Source: Elusimicrobiota bacterium (lineage in GTDB: Bacteria > Elusimicrobiota > Elusimicrobia > Elusimicrobiales > UBA9959). From it: 64,000 nucleotides of DNA. Below the pieces are notes generated by a model that made no database searches, was not told the DNA's origin, and saw only the letters and a program-made list of their open reading frames with translations. This document shows, one piece after another, positions 1-9,476 of the stretch (the stretch's first letter is position 1; each line of letters opens with the position of its first letter). The translations under genes were made by a program, and so were the position numbers. The stretch covers positions 4,177-68,176 of the forward strand of contig JAUSCK010000173.1 of NCBI GenBank assembly GCA_030651035.1, read 5' to 3'.

Positions 1-576
1 CCAAAAGAGCGGCCAGGTTGCCTCTGGCACATTTCCATTTCCAACAAAGCCAATAAATGAGCGAATGCCTCGGTTTTCAAGGTATCTAATCAGATCTTGC
101 AATAATTCTATTTCAAGCCCCTCTGCTGAACCGAGTCGCTGCTTTAGTATTTTGTGAAGTTCATGCCAGGACACCCAGAATATTTTAGGATTAACCTTTG
201 AAACTGCTGGCGGAACTGAATCCAAGGTTACATATACGACATGATCAAGAATCTTGGAGTATCTATCTAACTGCCCATCACCAGATTCCTCAGCCAAATA
301 TTTCACCTCTATCCCAAGCCTATAATCGCTGCCCCTCAATTCCAAGTCGATTTCACTTTCAGCCGAGATACGGCTCCAAAAAACAAATCGGTAGTCGTCC
401 CCCAAAAGAGATGGGTCATATTTAGACCCTGTTACCAAATTCTTCGCCTCCGCCAGAAATGATCTCAAAACAGGGCGAAGGAACGCGTATTTCAATACCC
501 CAAACACCGTAGAGGTTAAAGCATCCTCCTGATCAGATAACCCTCCACATTTACCTTTCAATTCTGCCTCAATCAT
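1..576 (-). CDS. PD-(D/E)xK-superfamily nuclease-like protein, 3' end outside window
   Basis: Own translation from ATG 576: MIEAELKGK...EDALTSTVFG...EIDLELRGSDYRLGIEVKY...QLDRY...WVSWHEL; D...ExK...QLxxY pattern; open to position 1. Confidence 0.65.
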   Translation of the reverse strand, partial: MIEAELKGKCGGLSDQEDALTSTVFGVLKYAFLRPVLRSFLAEAKNLVTGSKYDPSLLGDDYRFVFWSRISAESEIDLELRGSDYRLGIEVKYLAEESGDGQLDRYSKILDHVVYVTLDSVPPAVSKVNPKIFWVSWHELHKILKQRLGSAEGLEIELLQDLIRYLENRGIRSFIGFVGNGNVPEATWPLFW

Positions 577-802
577 AAGTAACCTTCAATTTAACTTTCT
601 CGCGCAACTCCCTGCAGAGGTTAAGCCAGGCGCCGCTTTCCCCTGTTATCACAGCCATCCCGGCCTGTGGGGCAAAGATCGGCCGATATGAGGCGGTTCT
701 TTTGCCTGCCCAGTGCCTGCGGGACGCGCGAAACCTCGGCATTACTGCCTTGAGCAGTTGAATAACTAGAATGAAGACAATAACGAGAATCAGCAGTTTC
801 AT
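569..802 (-). CDS. Small hypothetical protein with N-terminal hydrophobic helix (possible remnant)
   Basis: 77-aa ORF packed between operon genes; MKLLILVIVFILVIQLL. Confidence 0.4.
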   Translation of the reverse strand: MKLLILVIVFILVIQLLKAVMPRFRASRRHWAGKRTASYRPIFAPQAGMAVITGESGAWLNLCRELREKVKLKVTYD

Positions 803-819
803 GAGCGAATATATTCCCT

Positions 820-1854
820 TTAATGGGTCCGCTTCAGCAGTACCATGTCTCGGTGGAAATCCAGATATTGTTTCTGCTGTGCAGAGAATGTGCCGGCATA
901 AAATCCCGCTTCCGGAATTTTCATTTTATCCAGCGAATAGCGATCTGCTACAGGCGAAATTATCAAACTGCCGGTGTTCTCAAACGAGATGAAGCCACGA
1001 TCAAACAGATGATCTATTGTTGGAGTTAGGAGAAGCCCATTTTCTCCGTCGAGTCGCTGATCATTGTCTGATTCGCGCCAGGGTCTTATATGGCTGCCGA
1101 TGAGATGTTCGGGGTTGCTTACTTTTGTAATGCGGCAGGCTTTTTCGATGCGCATTACGCGTTGCTTAAACAGGCCTTGGCCAATGCGCGCGTTTGTCAG
1201 CGACACTCTTACCGTATTGGTAATATGGCTATCTATTTCAATTTTCTTCTGCTCGGCGTTTTCCCAGTTAACTATAGCGCGGGAGTCATCAATAATTGTG
1301 GCGGCAGTATCCGCTGCTGCAAAGCTATTGAGAGAAAACTCTTTGGCTTCCTGTCCAATAAGGCCAATGATAACCTGCGCCATCTCCTTGGGAACTTCAA
1401 ACAAATACGCCTGGTTCCCGTCGCCATTCACCTGCAGCGGGGCATAATGCGCCGGCTGCAATGGGCCGAGAATAGGCATGTGGGATCTGGGCTCTATGGC
1501 GTTATTTAGCAGTTTATAATCTACCGCCACCATCCACCCAAGTTTAGGGTGCCAGTGTGGTCCTATATCACCGAACTCCTCTGGCTTGGGAGAAGGTACA
1601 GCACAGTAACGCACAATGCTGATTGCCTTAATGCGTCTATCCACGAAAGAAAAAACCACATCTCCCGGGGCCATATCACGCATATTCTCGTAAGCATGGT
1701 TGTACCCGCCATTACTATTGCGCCGTGGGGACCAAAGATACCCGCCTTCAAACTCTTGTTCAAAGGTTTGGTTCTGGCTTACCCACCAGTATTTAGTCAC
1801 GCGGTTTAGCGGGCTGTCAGGCATAGCTCTATATCTGCTGAAAACCAATTCCAC
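820..1854 (-). CDS. HNH endonuclease with N-terminal EVE/PUA-like domain (true start probably ATG 1824)
   Basis: C-terminal CRIT...LIGSHIRPW...[17 protein letters not shown]-terminal [10 protein letters not shown]...PGDVVFSF. Confidence 0.85.
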   Translation of the reverse strand: MELVFSRYRAMPDSPLNRVTKYWWVSQNQTFEQEFEGGYLWSPRRNSNGGYNHAYENMRDMAPGDVVFSFVDRRIKAISIVRYCAVPSPKPEEFGDIGPHWHPKLGWMVAVDYKLLNNAIEPRSHMPILGPLQPAHYAPLQVNGDGNQAYLFEVPKEMAQVIIGLIGQEAKEFSLNSFAAADTAATIIDDSRAIVNWENAEQKKIEIDSHITNTVRVSLTNARIGQGLFKQRVMRIEKACRITKVSNPEHLIGSHIRPWRESDNDQRLDGENGLLLTPTIDHLFDRGFISFENTGSLIISPVADRYSLDKMKIPEAGFYAGTFSAQQKQYLDFHRDMVLLKRTH

Positions 1855-3820
1855 TCAAATACTGATAGGTTGAGTCATAATAACCCGGCGCTCGTGTATG
1901 GTCATCGGGATCACCTTGTGGGACCACAATTACCATCCCTTGCCGGGCACGGGTAAGGAGCACGCGGTAGGCGTTCTTTTGGTAGTCTTTGCGCACATCT
2001 TTAAGGATGCGCAGCCATTTGTTGCCTTTAAAGGACCAGTTCTCCCAACCATTAGGCGTGTGGCGCATATCTGCGTCCCATGTGACGCAGGCCCAATCAA
2101 GCTCCAAGCCCTGCACATGGAATTCAGTGGCGACATCTTCCAAATAATAGGACGAGCGCACATCGTCCTTGCCGGCCAGGAACCAATCGACCGGGTCAAC
2201 AGGCGATTTCACGTCGATAGCGTAGGGTTTAAGGCGCTCGGCCTGGGAAGATACAACTATCCCATAGCGCTCGGTGCCCTGCGCACGCGCCTTAAGCCAG
2301 TCCTTGGCCTTCTTCAGGTCGCGGGTAAGCACTATGGGGTAGTTGGTGCCAATGGCCTTAAGCGTTTCCTTGGCAGAAGCGGCCTCCAAGTCCAACACCT
2401 TCTTAACTAGCTCGGAAACGCGCTCTGCACGGAAAGAGCGCAGTGAAACAGCCAGGTGCAACTCGTCCTTATATTCCACCTTTAGCGACGTCTCATTTAA
2501 TTTGGTAATAATCGAACCAGCGCCGTACTCGCTGTCGGTAAGGCGCGGCGAAATGTGGACGTCCCAGCCGGGGAACTTGCGCAGGAGCGAGTCTATCCAC
2601 TCGCTTATGCCGGCCTCGCCCGTGTTTATTTCTTGGCCGCCGCCCACCAGGCACACTATCACGGCCCAGTCCGGGTGCCGGTCCAGGCAGGAGATTAAAA
2701 ACTCCGGCTCGGATTGGTTAAAACCTTTGATCTTCTTCTTACGGCTCATGAAGTTGGCCGTCTGCTGCAGGTCCCAGGCCCGTTGGGCCTCGTCGAATAG
2801 CGCCACGTGCTCTATGGGAGGCTTCGCATCTATCAGGCATGAATCTCGGAAATTGTGAACATTCTGGACGAACATTTTAACTTCACTGAAGGCCGCCCCT
2901 TTTCTTACCTTGTTGCCCTTGGCCTTTTCATGCAGAACCCTGTCTCGGGCGAGGGCCTCGCGCAGAACCGCCACAAGCGGGCCATTGCCGGAAAGAAATA
3001 CGCTGTATAACTCATCGTCCTTGTTTATGTGTGTGGTGGCGATATTAAGGCCCACAAGGGTTTTCCCCGCGCCGGGCACGCCCGTTACAAAGCAGATGGC
3101 CTTGCGCGAGCCTGCACGGGCGGCGGATATTATTTGCGCCACGCTGGCAGAGGTCTGGGCCAGGTTTATGGCGCCAGCATCGCTTCTGGAGATCTCCGCT
3201 ACTTTATGCCCGCGGTATAAAGCCATGGCGGCTTCTACTATTGTAGGAGTAGGGGAGTAGCGTCCGCCCTCCCAGGTTTCTGCGGCTATGCTAGGGCCGT
3301 CCGTAAAGGATAGAGCCTTGGAAATAACATCTTCAATTTGTGAGGAAGCACATTTTATAGGGAAACAAAGCTTTGAATTATTTGCAGAGAAACCGATATT
3401 CACCGGTTGGGGCTGTGCCTGAGTGGAGACAAGCACCGGGGCCACATATTTGCCGTGGCTGGTTTCGTGGAAATTTGAAAGGTCCAGCGCGTAATCCAGC
3501 ACTTGGTCTACAGCATAAGCCGAAAAATCCTGGGCGCCAACTTTAAATTCCAGAACAAAGATAACGCGCTCGATTATGAGCACAACGTCTATCCTACGCC
3601 CCATGCGCGGGATGGAGTACTCAAAGTAGATCTTGCCCTGTTTCCCATTCAGACATTTTTGAAGAATAGATATCTGCTCCACCCAAGCTCCAGTTTGTTC
3701 TGGTGTGACTGGAAACCCCTCAGTGGCACTGGCGGTACTTAGACTACCAATTATCGCTGCTGAGGTAGTGGAGCAGAAGCGTGGGATTGAGTCTGAATAA
3801 TATTCTCTTTTCATAAACAC
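1829..3820 (-). CDS. DUF2075 / Schlafen group 3-like DNA/RNA helicase with N-terminal nuclease-like domain
   Basis: Walker [33 protein letters not shown]-terminal RIDVVL...LEFK. Confidence 0.85.
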   Translation of the reverse strand: MFMKREYYSDSIPRFCSTTSAAIIGSLSTASATEGFPVTPEQTGAWVEQISILQKCLNGKQGKIYFEYSIPRMGRRIDVVLIIERVIFVLEFKVGAQDFSAYAVDQVLDYALDLSNFHETSHGKYVAPVLVSTQAQPQPVNIGFSANNSKLCFPIKCASSQIEDVISKALSFTDGPSIAAETWEGGRYSPTPTIVEAAMALYRGHKVAEISRSDAGAINLAQTSASVAQIISAARAGSRKAICFVTGVPGAGKTLVGLNIATTHINKDDELYSVFLSGNGPLVAVLREALARDRVLHEKAKGNKVRKGAAFSEVKMFVQNVHNFRDSCLIDAKPPIEHVALFDEAQRAWDLQQTANFMSRKKKIKGFNQSEPEFLISCLDRHPDWAVIVCLVGGGQEINTGEAGISEWIDSLLRKFPGWDVHISPRLTDSEYGAGSIITKLNETSLKVEYKDELHLAVSLRSFRAERVSELVKKVLDLEAASAKETLKAIGTNYPIVLTRDLKKAKDWLKARAQGTERYGIVVSSQAERLKPYAIDVKSPVDPVDWFLAGKDDVRSSYYLEDVATEFHVQGLELDWACVTWDADMRHTPNGWENWSFKGNKWLRILKDVRKDYQKNAYRVLLTRARQGMVIVVPQGDPDDHTRAPGYYDSTYQYLSGIGFQQI

Positions 3821-3826
3821 GTAGTC

Positions 3827-4750
3827 TCACTCTAGATAGCGATTTTGATTATGCCAACTCAAGAAATCAGCAGACGGGCGGTCTTGTATTCTTTCAGGTA
3901 CAGCTTTTAATTCTGTTCCATCCAAGGCATAGTAATCTTTTCCGTTTTCAAATTCCTGACGAATACGTTTGCTAATCAAAACATGCGAGTCTGGAGTAAC
4001 TGTAACATATCCTTGATCAAACAATATGTGCAGGTCTGACCGGAGCAAAAGGCCATTTCTTATAAGATGTGGTCCTTGCTCAGCATACGGCTTTATATGG
4101 GCAGCTTCAAGCACCGGGAGAGTCTTCTCTCCGGAAATAGCACACCTACGATGATAGCTTTCGGTCACCAACACTCTAAATGCGCCCTGTCCAAGACGCG
4201 GTTTAACTAAAAGAGGATTTCCATAGCGTGCGCTCGGCTCTGCAGCAGGATATGTTAGTGATGTCACAACTGTCGCAGGAATGCGTTCACGAAGCGCATT
4301 AATTAAATAAGTGGACTCTTGCTCAGAAGACTCGTAGCTTTTACCTGTGACAATGTTTTTCTTAAAGCTGTCCGGAACAGGAATCCAATCGGATTCCTCC
4401 AGAAAGAATGGCTGAGTCAAAATAATACAACCTATCTGGGGGTCATGGCTCATGTTCTCTCGGCGATATTTGCGAATGCGGTCCATAAACTGTGCAATAG
4501 ATTCAACTCCATTCGCTCTTCCAAACGCCTTCCAAGCCATAGAAACTGGCAAAAAAGAATGCCGAACAAAATATCCTCCGCCCACAATAAAGTTTCTGGG
4601 ATGATGCAGTTTGAATAAGAAAAGACCTTCCTCAGGCAATACCCGGAAGACAGTATTCCCTCCAGGCTGCCAGAAATTAACTTCTTCTGGCTTGAGCGCC
4701 TTAAGTTGGTTATACCAATCGCTATCTGTAATGCCGATGTAGAATTTCAT
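3827..4750 (-). CDS. HNH endonuclease (putative modification-dependent restriction enzyme)
   Basis: RLGQGAFR...CAISGE...LEAAHIKPY...NGLLLRSDLHILFDQG. Confidence 0.85.
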   Translation of the reverse strand: MKFYIGITDSDWYNQLKALKPEEVNFWQPGGNTVFRVLPEEGLFLFKLHHPRNFIVGGGYFVRHSFLPVSMAWKAFGRANGVESIAQFMDRIRKYRRENMSHDPQIGCIILTQPFFLEESDWIPVPDSFKKNIVTGKSYESSEQESTYLINALRERIPATVVTSLTYPAAEPSARYGNPLLVKPRLGQGAFRVLVTESYHRRCAISGEKTLPVLEAAHIKPYAEQGPHLIRNGLLLRSDLHILFDQGYVTVTPDSHVLISKRIRQEFENGKDYYALDGTELKAVPERIQDRPSADFLSWHNQNRYLE

Positions 4751-4797
4751 TTAATCTGAAAACAGATTCCTTGTTGCCTTCGCCACGCACAGCATCC

Positions 4798-6012
4798 CTA
4801 TAAGGTTTTGTCGGACGCAAACGGTCCTTTTTCAGCCATCATCTTTTTTAGCACTTCTCTTTGTTCAGGAAATCCAAATGCGTAAGAAATACTTGTAGCA
4901 ACCTCCAGTATTTTCTCGAACACGATATCCTTATCAAAAAAATCCTCCCCTTTGAAAACCACCTCCCATTCCAAAGAAGAATCGACAGATGTCTTATTCG
5001 AGCCATAGAAATGATAACCAGGAGGCGTGCAAGGGATAGTCGTAATACCTAAGATTTTATCAATCTTAATGATAAATCTAACCGCACCAGTATACCCCCC
5101 GGCTTTACACAGTTTTTCACCAACTCGTGCAAACAAATCCATAAACATTATTATTCGGTTTAGTGGGAGTTCTTGAGATTGAATCGCTTTGTTTTCTCCA
5201 AGCTTCTGAATCCCCATGTCTTTCTTAAGGAAAATGTAGCCATAATGATTAATCTCAAGATATTTAAAATCCCCAGTCTCTTGGCGATAGTCCATATAGG
5301 ATGCCCCACCTTGGACAGTGCGCAGTGACTCTATCATGTCGGGGAAGCTTACCCCATATCCTTGAGTCCAAACCCTTTCTCTTACTTTAGGCATTTCACT
5401 TTCTTTAAATAATGGAGAATAAGGGAACAGCGGCCCCATAGACATCGAAACAACCCCAAAGGGAATATCTAATTTATTTAGTTTTTCATTATTCCTGCAT
5501 CGTGCATTTATAGATTCCAAGATCTTCTCTCTTAAAATTTCTGCTTTTTGTTTACGATTCTTTAGCCATTCAACCCTTTCCAGCGTTGCCAAATCATCAG
5601 GTGTATTTACATCTCCAGTTCTAACATATGGACGATTGTGGCGAATCGTATATGGCGTATCTATTTGCTCAGCGATTCTGATTACGACAAAACATTTGTC
5701 ATCTTTAATGCAAACAGCTGTTTCAGGATTTACTGGTGGGTAAATATTGTCCGAAACAATTCGCATGACCCTTTCTGAAAGACCATCTACATATTTAATA
5801 CCATTGGATGTCTGATCAGGGAACCCATCAGCATCCTTAACACCAATTATTACTATCCCGCCATAAGTATTCGCGAAAGCACAGATTGTTTTAGGCAAAC
5901 TGCTCGAAAAGTCTTCTTTGTAATCGAGGTTTACACTTTCTCTAACTTTCAGAGCAATAAACCCCATGCAATCATCATAAGTGATATCAGTAATCTTTTT
6001 AGAAAATATCAT
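4798..6012 (-). CDS. Schlafen/AlbA_2-domain protein
   Basis: ESVNLDYKE...ICAFANTYGGIVIIGVKD; ATG 6012 overlaps the upstream TGA (ATGA). Confidence 0.85.
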   Translation of the reverse strand: MIFSKKITDITYDDCMGFIALKVRESVNLDYKEDFSSSLPKTICAFANTYGGIVIIGVKDADGFPDQTSNGIKYVDGLSERVMRIVSDNIYPPVNPETAVCIKDDKCFVVIRIAEQIDTPYTIRHNRPYVRTGDVNTPDDLATLERVEWLKNRKQKAEILREKILESINARCRNNEKLNKLDIPFGVVSMSMGPLFPYSPLFKESEMPKVRERVWTQGYGVSFPDMIESLRTVQGGASYMDYRQETGDFKYLEINHYGYIFLKKDMGIQKLGENKAIQSQELPLNRIIMFMDLFARVGEKLCKAGGYTGAVRFIIKIDKILGITTIPCTPPGYHFYGSNKTSVDSSLEWEVVFKGEDFFDKDIVFEKILEVATSISYAFGFPEQREVLKKMMAEKGPFASDKTL

Positions 6013-6176
6013 AAGGCCTCGCACTGCCCCACCACTTCCGCTACCACCATGAACTCTTCGTCTTCCGCGTTCGGGATCACTATGGGGCTGTAGGCCGGGT
6101 TCAGCGGCTGCAGGATTATTTCTTCGTGCTGCCAGGCGCCGTCGGGGGCGTATTTCTTTTTGCTGGTATATTTCTT

Positions 6177-6314
6177 AGCCAGAAAACTTCTGATGAAGTT
6201 TTCCACCCGCATAGCGGGCGCCCTGCGGGTGGCATACACCCCGTCGGGCCTGGCGCGCATAGCGCTTGGCCCTCCGCCCGCTTCGCGGGTAATTCCGCAA
6301 GCGGAATTAGGGAT
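6177..6314 (-). repeat. Multi-hairpin in-frame insertion element, family 1 copy A (138 nt)
   Basis: Hairpins AATTCCGC-tt-GCGGAATT, GCGC-tat-GCGC, CCCGC-tat-GCGGG, AAAACTTC-atca-GAAGTTTT; removal restores TV|KKY. Confidence 0.9.
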
Positions 6315-6746
6315 AACGGTGTAGCTGCCGCCGGCGTCTGGGTCGGCTATGCTGCTGTGCTGTACCAGTACCAGCTTGTTCTGGCGGCTGCCGCCCGGGT
6401 TGGCGCGGAATACGCAGTAGTCGCCGTCCTGCAATTTGGGCTCCATGCTGCGCCCGGCCACTTGCGCGGCGAACATGTTGTGGTCGGGCTTCAGGCCGGG
6501 AGGGCATTTTATCCAGCCAAGCGGCTCTACGGCCATGCCGCGGCCGAAATTGCCGCAGGCGGCCTGCAGGCTGAAGACGGGGAGGTAAGCCACAAATTTC
6601 AGGGCGGCGGCCACTTCTTCTTCTATCCTGAAAAGCACTTTAAGCGCGGCAGCCGCGGGCGCGGCTTGGGCTGCCGGCGCGGGCGCGAGGAGGGCCTTAA
6701 AGTGCCGGGCGGTTTCTTCGTCCGTAAAGTGCACGTAGCAGCCCTT

Positions 6747-6887
6747 CGCCTGAAAACTTCTGCTGAAGTTTTCCGCCCGCATAGCGGGCGCCCTTCGGGA
6801 GGCATACACCCCCTCGGGCCGGGCGCGCATAGCGCTGGGCCCTCGGCCCGCTGCGCGGGGAATCCTGCGAAGCGCAGGATTCGGGTT
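6747..6887 (-). repeat. Multi-hairpin in-frame insertion element, family 1 copy B (141 nt)
   Basis: AATCCTGCG-ctt-CGCAGGATT...AAAACTTC-agca-GAAGTTTT; removal restores MTRGL|KGCY. Confidence 0.9.
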
Positions 6888-7184
6888 AAGGCCCCTGGTC
6901 ATAAGGGTGCGGTAGGTGGAGGACTCCGCCAGCTCCAGGCCCTGGCAGGTGGGGCGCCCGGGATCCTTCTTGCTGAGCCAGGGCCAGCAGTAGCCGGCCA
7001 CCACGCGGGCTTTGTTGCTGGTGTTCTTCTGGCGGATAAGGGCATGCAGTTGGGCGGGGTCGTCGAGCACCCTGAAATCGTAGTCGCCGGTATCCAGCGT
7101 GTCGTTGGCGCTGGCTTTGGCTATGCCAAGGGCATAGTCCAGCCAGGCCAGGTAGCCGGGGGAGAGGGGGCAGGTTACTTTCTC

Positions 7185-7322
7185 CCTTGGGCGGTGGTCA
7201 CGCATAAACCGCATAGCGGTTTTGCGCGACCCCGCCTCGGCGATTTTCGATGAAAAATCGCCTCCGGTCTTGCGGCCCGGACGCGAGGCGTAATTATGCC
7301 TCGCTCTAAAGCCGGGCCTCAC
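7185..7322 (-). repeat. Multi-hairpin in-frame insertion element, family 2 (about 138 nt; ends approximate)
   Basis: GGCCCGG...CCGGGCC enclosing a GCGAGGC/GCCTCGC stem; GGCGATTTT/AAAATCGCC; AAACCGC-tat-GCGGTTT; follows IVDE. Confidence 0.75.
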
Positions 7323-7487
7323 TTCGTCCACAATAAGGCAGTCGTACTCGTTGGGCCGGGCCTTGTGGAAGGTTTCGGAACTGCGGAACATGTTATCTAT
7401 GCGGCTGCGTTTTAGTGTACCGGCAAGTTTGGCCGCGTACACAAGGCGGGGCGCGGAATTGCGCGTTACGTACTGCTGGTTGCCCCG

Positions 7488-7634
7488 CGCCGGTAAGTTC
7501 CTGCTGGAACTTACCCCCCGCATAGCGGGGGCCCCTTCGGGGCGGCATACACCCCCTCGGGCCTGGCGCGCATAGCGCTTGGCCCTCGGCCCGCTGCTGC
7601 GGGGAATCCAGCCGTGCCCGGCAGGATTCGGGTT
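7488..7634 (-). repeat. Multi-hairpin in-frame insertion element, family 1 copy C (147 nt)
   Basis: Same hairpin order; last stem TAAGTTCC-agca-GGAACTTA; removal restores AGML|RGNQ. Confidence 0.9.
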
Positions 7635-7712
7635 AAGCATCCCGGCCAGGCTGTCGGCCAGGTTATTGGACGGTTTTATTTTGCCGTTGTTTCTAAGGAA
7701 GGGGAGGCGCTT

Positions 7713-7859
7713 GGCCGAAAAGTTTCTGCTGAAACTTTTTCCCCGCATAGCGGGGACCCGTGCCGGGCGGCATACACCCTCTCGGACACTGCGCGCATAG
7801 CGCTTGGTCCTCGACCCGCTGCTGCGGGGAATTCTGCCTGGCACGGCAGAATTCGGGTT
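7713..7859 (-). repeat. Multi-hairpin in-frame insertion element, family 1 copy D (147 nt)
   Basis: AATTCTGCC...GGCAGAATT; last stem AAAAGTTTC-agca-GAAACTTTT; removal restores QAWTY|KRL. Confidence 0.9.
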
Positions 7860-8260
7860 ATAAGTCCAGGCCTGGTAGGAAGGGTGCGGGGTCTCCTGCG
7901 GGCCGCCTTTGAAGGTGGTTACTACTATGCCGTCCTTGGCGGTGAGGTCCGCCTGCTGCCACTGCTTTAGTTCCACCAGGATGGCGGTGTCGGTGTGTTG
8001 GGCGTCGGTGCCGGTGAGGATGAAGTCTATGCGCTTGCTGGAGCGCGGGATGTGGTATTCGATGGCCACGCCGGCGGTGGCGGGGATGGCGGGGTCTTCC
8101 AGTACGGCATGCATGTAGCGCAACGAGTTGGTCCAGGAGTCTATTTCCGAGCGCTTGGTGCCGTGGCCGGTTACGGCTTTGAAGGTGTCGAAGATGATCC
8201 CGCCGATGTCGTTGCCCATGACATCCTGCCGGAAGCGGGCCTTGGTGGCGGTGTAGACTA

Positions 8261-8611
8261 TCACTTCAGCCCCGTGTACTTGGTGTGGCGGCCTTTGGCT
8301 TTGGAGACGGGGTATTTCTTGGCGTTCTTCTTGAGTTTTTTGCCGAGGGCGGCGAGCGGGTCTATTTTGAGGTCGTGGCTTAGGAGGAGGACCCAGTAGA
8401 GGACGTCGGCGAGTTCTTCGGAAATTTCCGATTTATTGGTTTTTATGTGCTTTTCTATTTCTGCGGAGTTCTTCCACTGGAAGTGCTCCAGCAGTTCGGC
8501 GGCTTCGAGGGAGAGGGAGATGGCTACGTCCTTGGGATTGTGGAACTGCGCCCAGTCGCGCGCGTCCCGGAAAGCGATGATCTTTTTAGTGAGGTTTTCG
8601 ATGCCGCTCAT
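8261..8611 (-). CDS. MazG-like nucleotide pyrophosphohydrolase
   Basis: FRDARDWAQFHNPKD...EAAELLEHFQW...EELADV; start ATG 8611; stop overlaps GTG start of the next gene. Confidence 0.9.
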   Translation of the reverse strand: MSGIENLTKKIIAFRDARDWAQFHNPKDVAISLSLEAAELLEHFQWKNSAEIEKHIKTNKSEISEELADVLYWVLLLSHDLKIDPLAALGKKLKKNAKKYPVSKAKGRHTKYTGLK

Positions 8612-8655
8612 GTTGCCCCCAGTGCTGCCCCGTCGCCTTGATTCTACCTTTTTCC

Positions 8656-8874
8656 CTACACCCCTAAGAACTTTGCCGTACTCCCGGTTTTGCCCGGAAT
8701 TATCTCCAGCCTGGTTTCTACCAGGGTTTTGAGTTCTTGGACGTGGGAGATTATGCCTACCAGGCGGCCGTCTTTGCGGATTTCTTCCAGGGCGCGCATG
8801 GAGAGGTCCAGGGTTTCGGGGTCCAGGCTGCCGAAGCCTTCGTCTATGAAGCTGGTGTTCATTTTTAGGCCGCC
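8656..8874 (-). pseudogene. sbcC: sbcC C-terminal fragment (diverged duplicate)
   Basis: FIDEGFGSLD...GIISHVQELKTLVETRLEI.PGKTGSTAKFLGV nearly identical to the end of 11148..14195. Confidence 0.85.
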
Positions 8875-8981
8875 TGTACAATTTATACTCTGTGGCGTAC
8901 CGGCGTCCTGGTACTTAAGCAGGTGCGCAAGCCGGCCAAAATCGGAAGATTTCATAAAATCATCGGAAGATTATCGTGAAA

Positions 8982-9437
8982 TTATAAGTTCTTTCTTGTG
9001 AGCCAGGCGCGACCTTTTACAGTAAGACGATATTTCTGGCTCTTGCTGCGCGGTTTGCCCGGCATGCTCATCTCCAGTAGCTCTATGGCTATCAGGCGCT
9101 TAAGGCCGCGCTTGAAGTTGCCGGTGCGCACGGCGTAACCCAAAGCCGTCAAAAGTTCCGGCGTGCTTTGCGGGGCAGCGGAACAGGCTTCCATGAGACG
9201 GCGCTCCGACCAACTGATTGGTTCATGGGCCTCGTCATGGGCCTCATGGGCCTTCTCCAAGCCGCCGGCTGACTGGCTCAGCGGCCGGGTCAGCAGCGGT
9301 CTTTCTATATTCAGGGTATTGGGATAGACCTCGCGCAGGCGGCCCATGTTGTCGAACACGGGGCCGGGATCCACCCACGGCAGCTTATAAGTGTTAAATC
9401 TGCCCGGTAGCGGTAATCCTCGGCCCATAGAGTTCAT
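8982..9437 (-). pseudogene. Chimeric remnant: sbcD fragment fused to a Fic-type C-terminal winged-HTH
   Basis: GPVFDNMGRLREVYPNTLNIERPL matches the window's SbcD; C-terminal LLEMSMPGKPRSKSQKYRLT. Confidence 0.7.
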
Positions 9438-9476
9438 CGGACGATTTTGATTAATTGTCGGACAATTGTCGGACGA

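Larger units (their letters stand above)
6009..8264 (-). pseudogene. DUF2075 helicase fused to an S24 peptidase-like domain; open frame but internally deleted and carrying five in-frame structured insertions
   Basis: DUF2075 blocks (RIDFIL, ELKQW, HPSYQAW, GYLAWLD, VAGYCW, TCQGLEL, TYRTLMTRG) with the Walker A segment missing; S24 motifs GRSMEP...DGDY...TV/KK; repeated foreign peptides NPN...PAMR. Confidence 0.75.

Noticed and set aside
6177..7859. Repeats as a CRISPR array or integron attC sites
   Set aside because: Units are about 140 nt, irregularly spaced by host coding sequence; no RYYYAAC box, empty sites read C^TT rather than G^TT, and no cas or integrase gene
6177..7859. Repeats as group I/II introns, inteins or ribosome-bypass elements
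   Set aside because: Too short; no invariant terminal G or GUGYG start; no Cys/Ser...His-Asn; no matched take-off and landing codons or stop
8612..8881. N-terminal extension of the MazG-like ORF
   Set aside because: Alternative frame of the sbcC remnant
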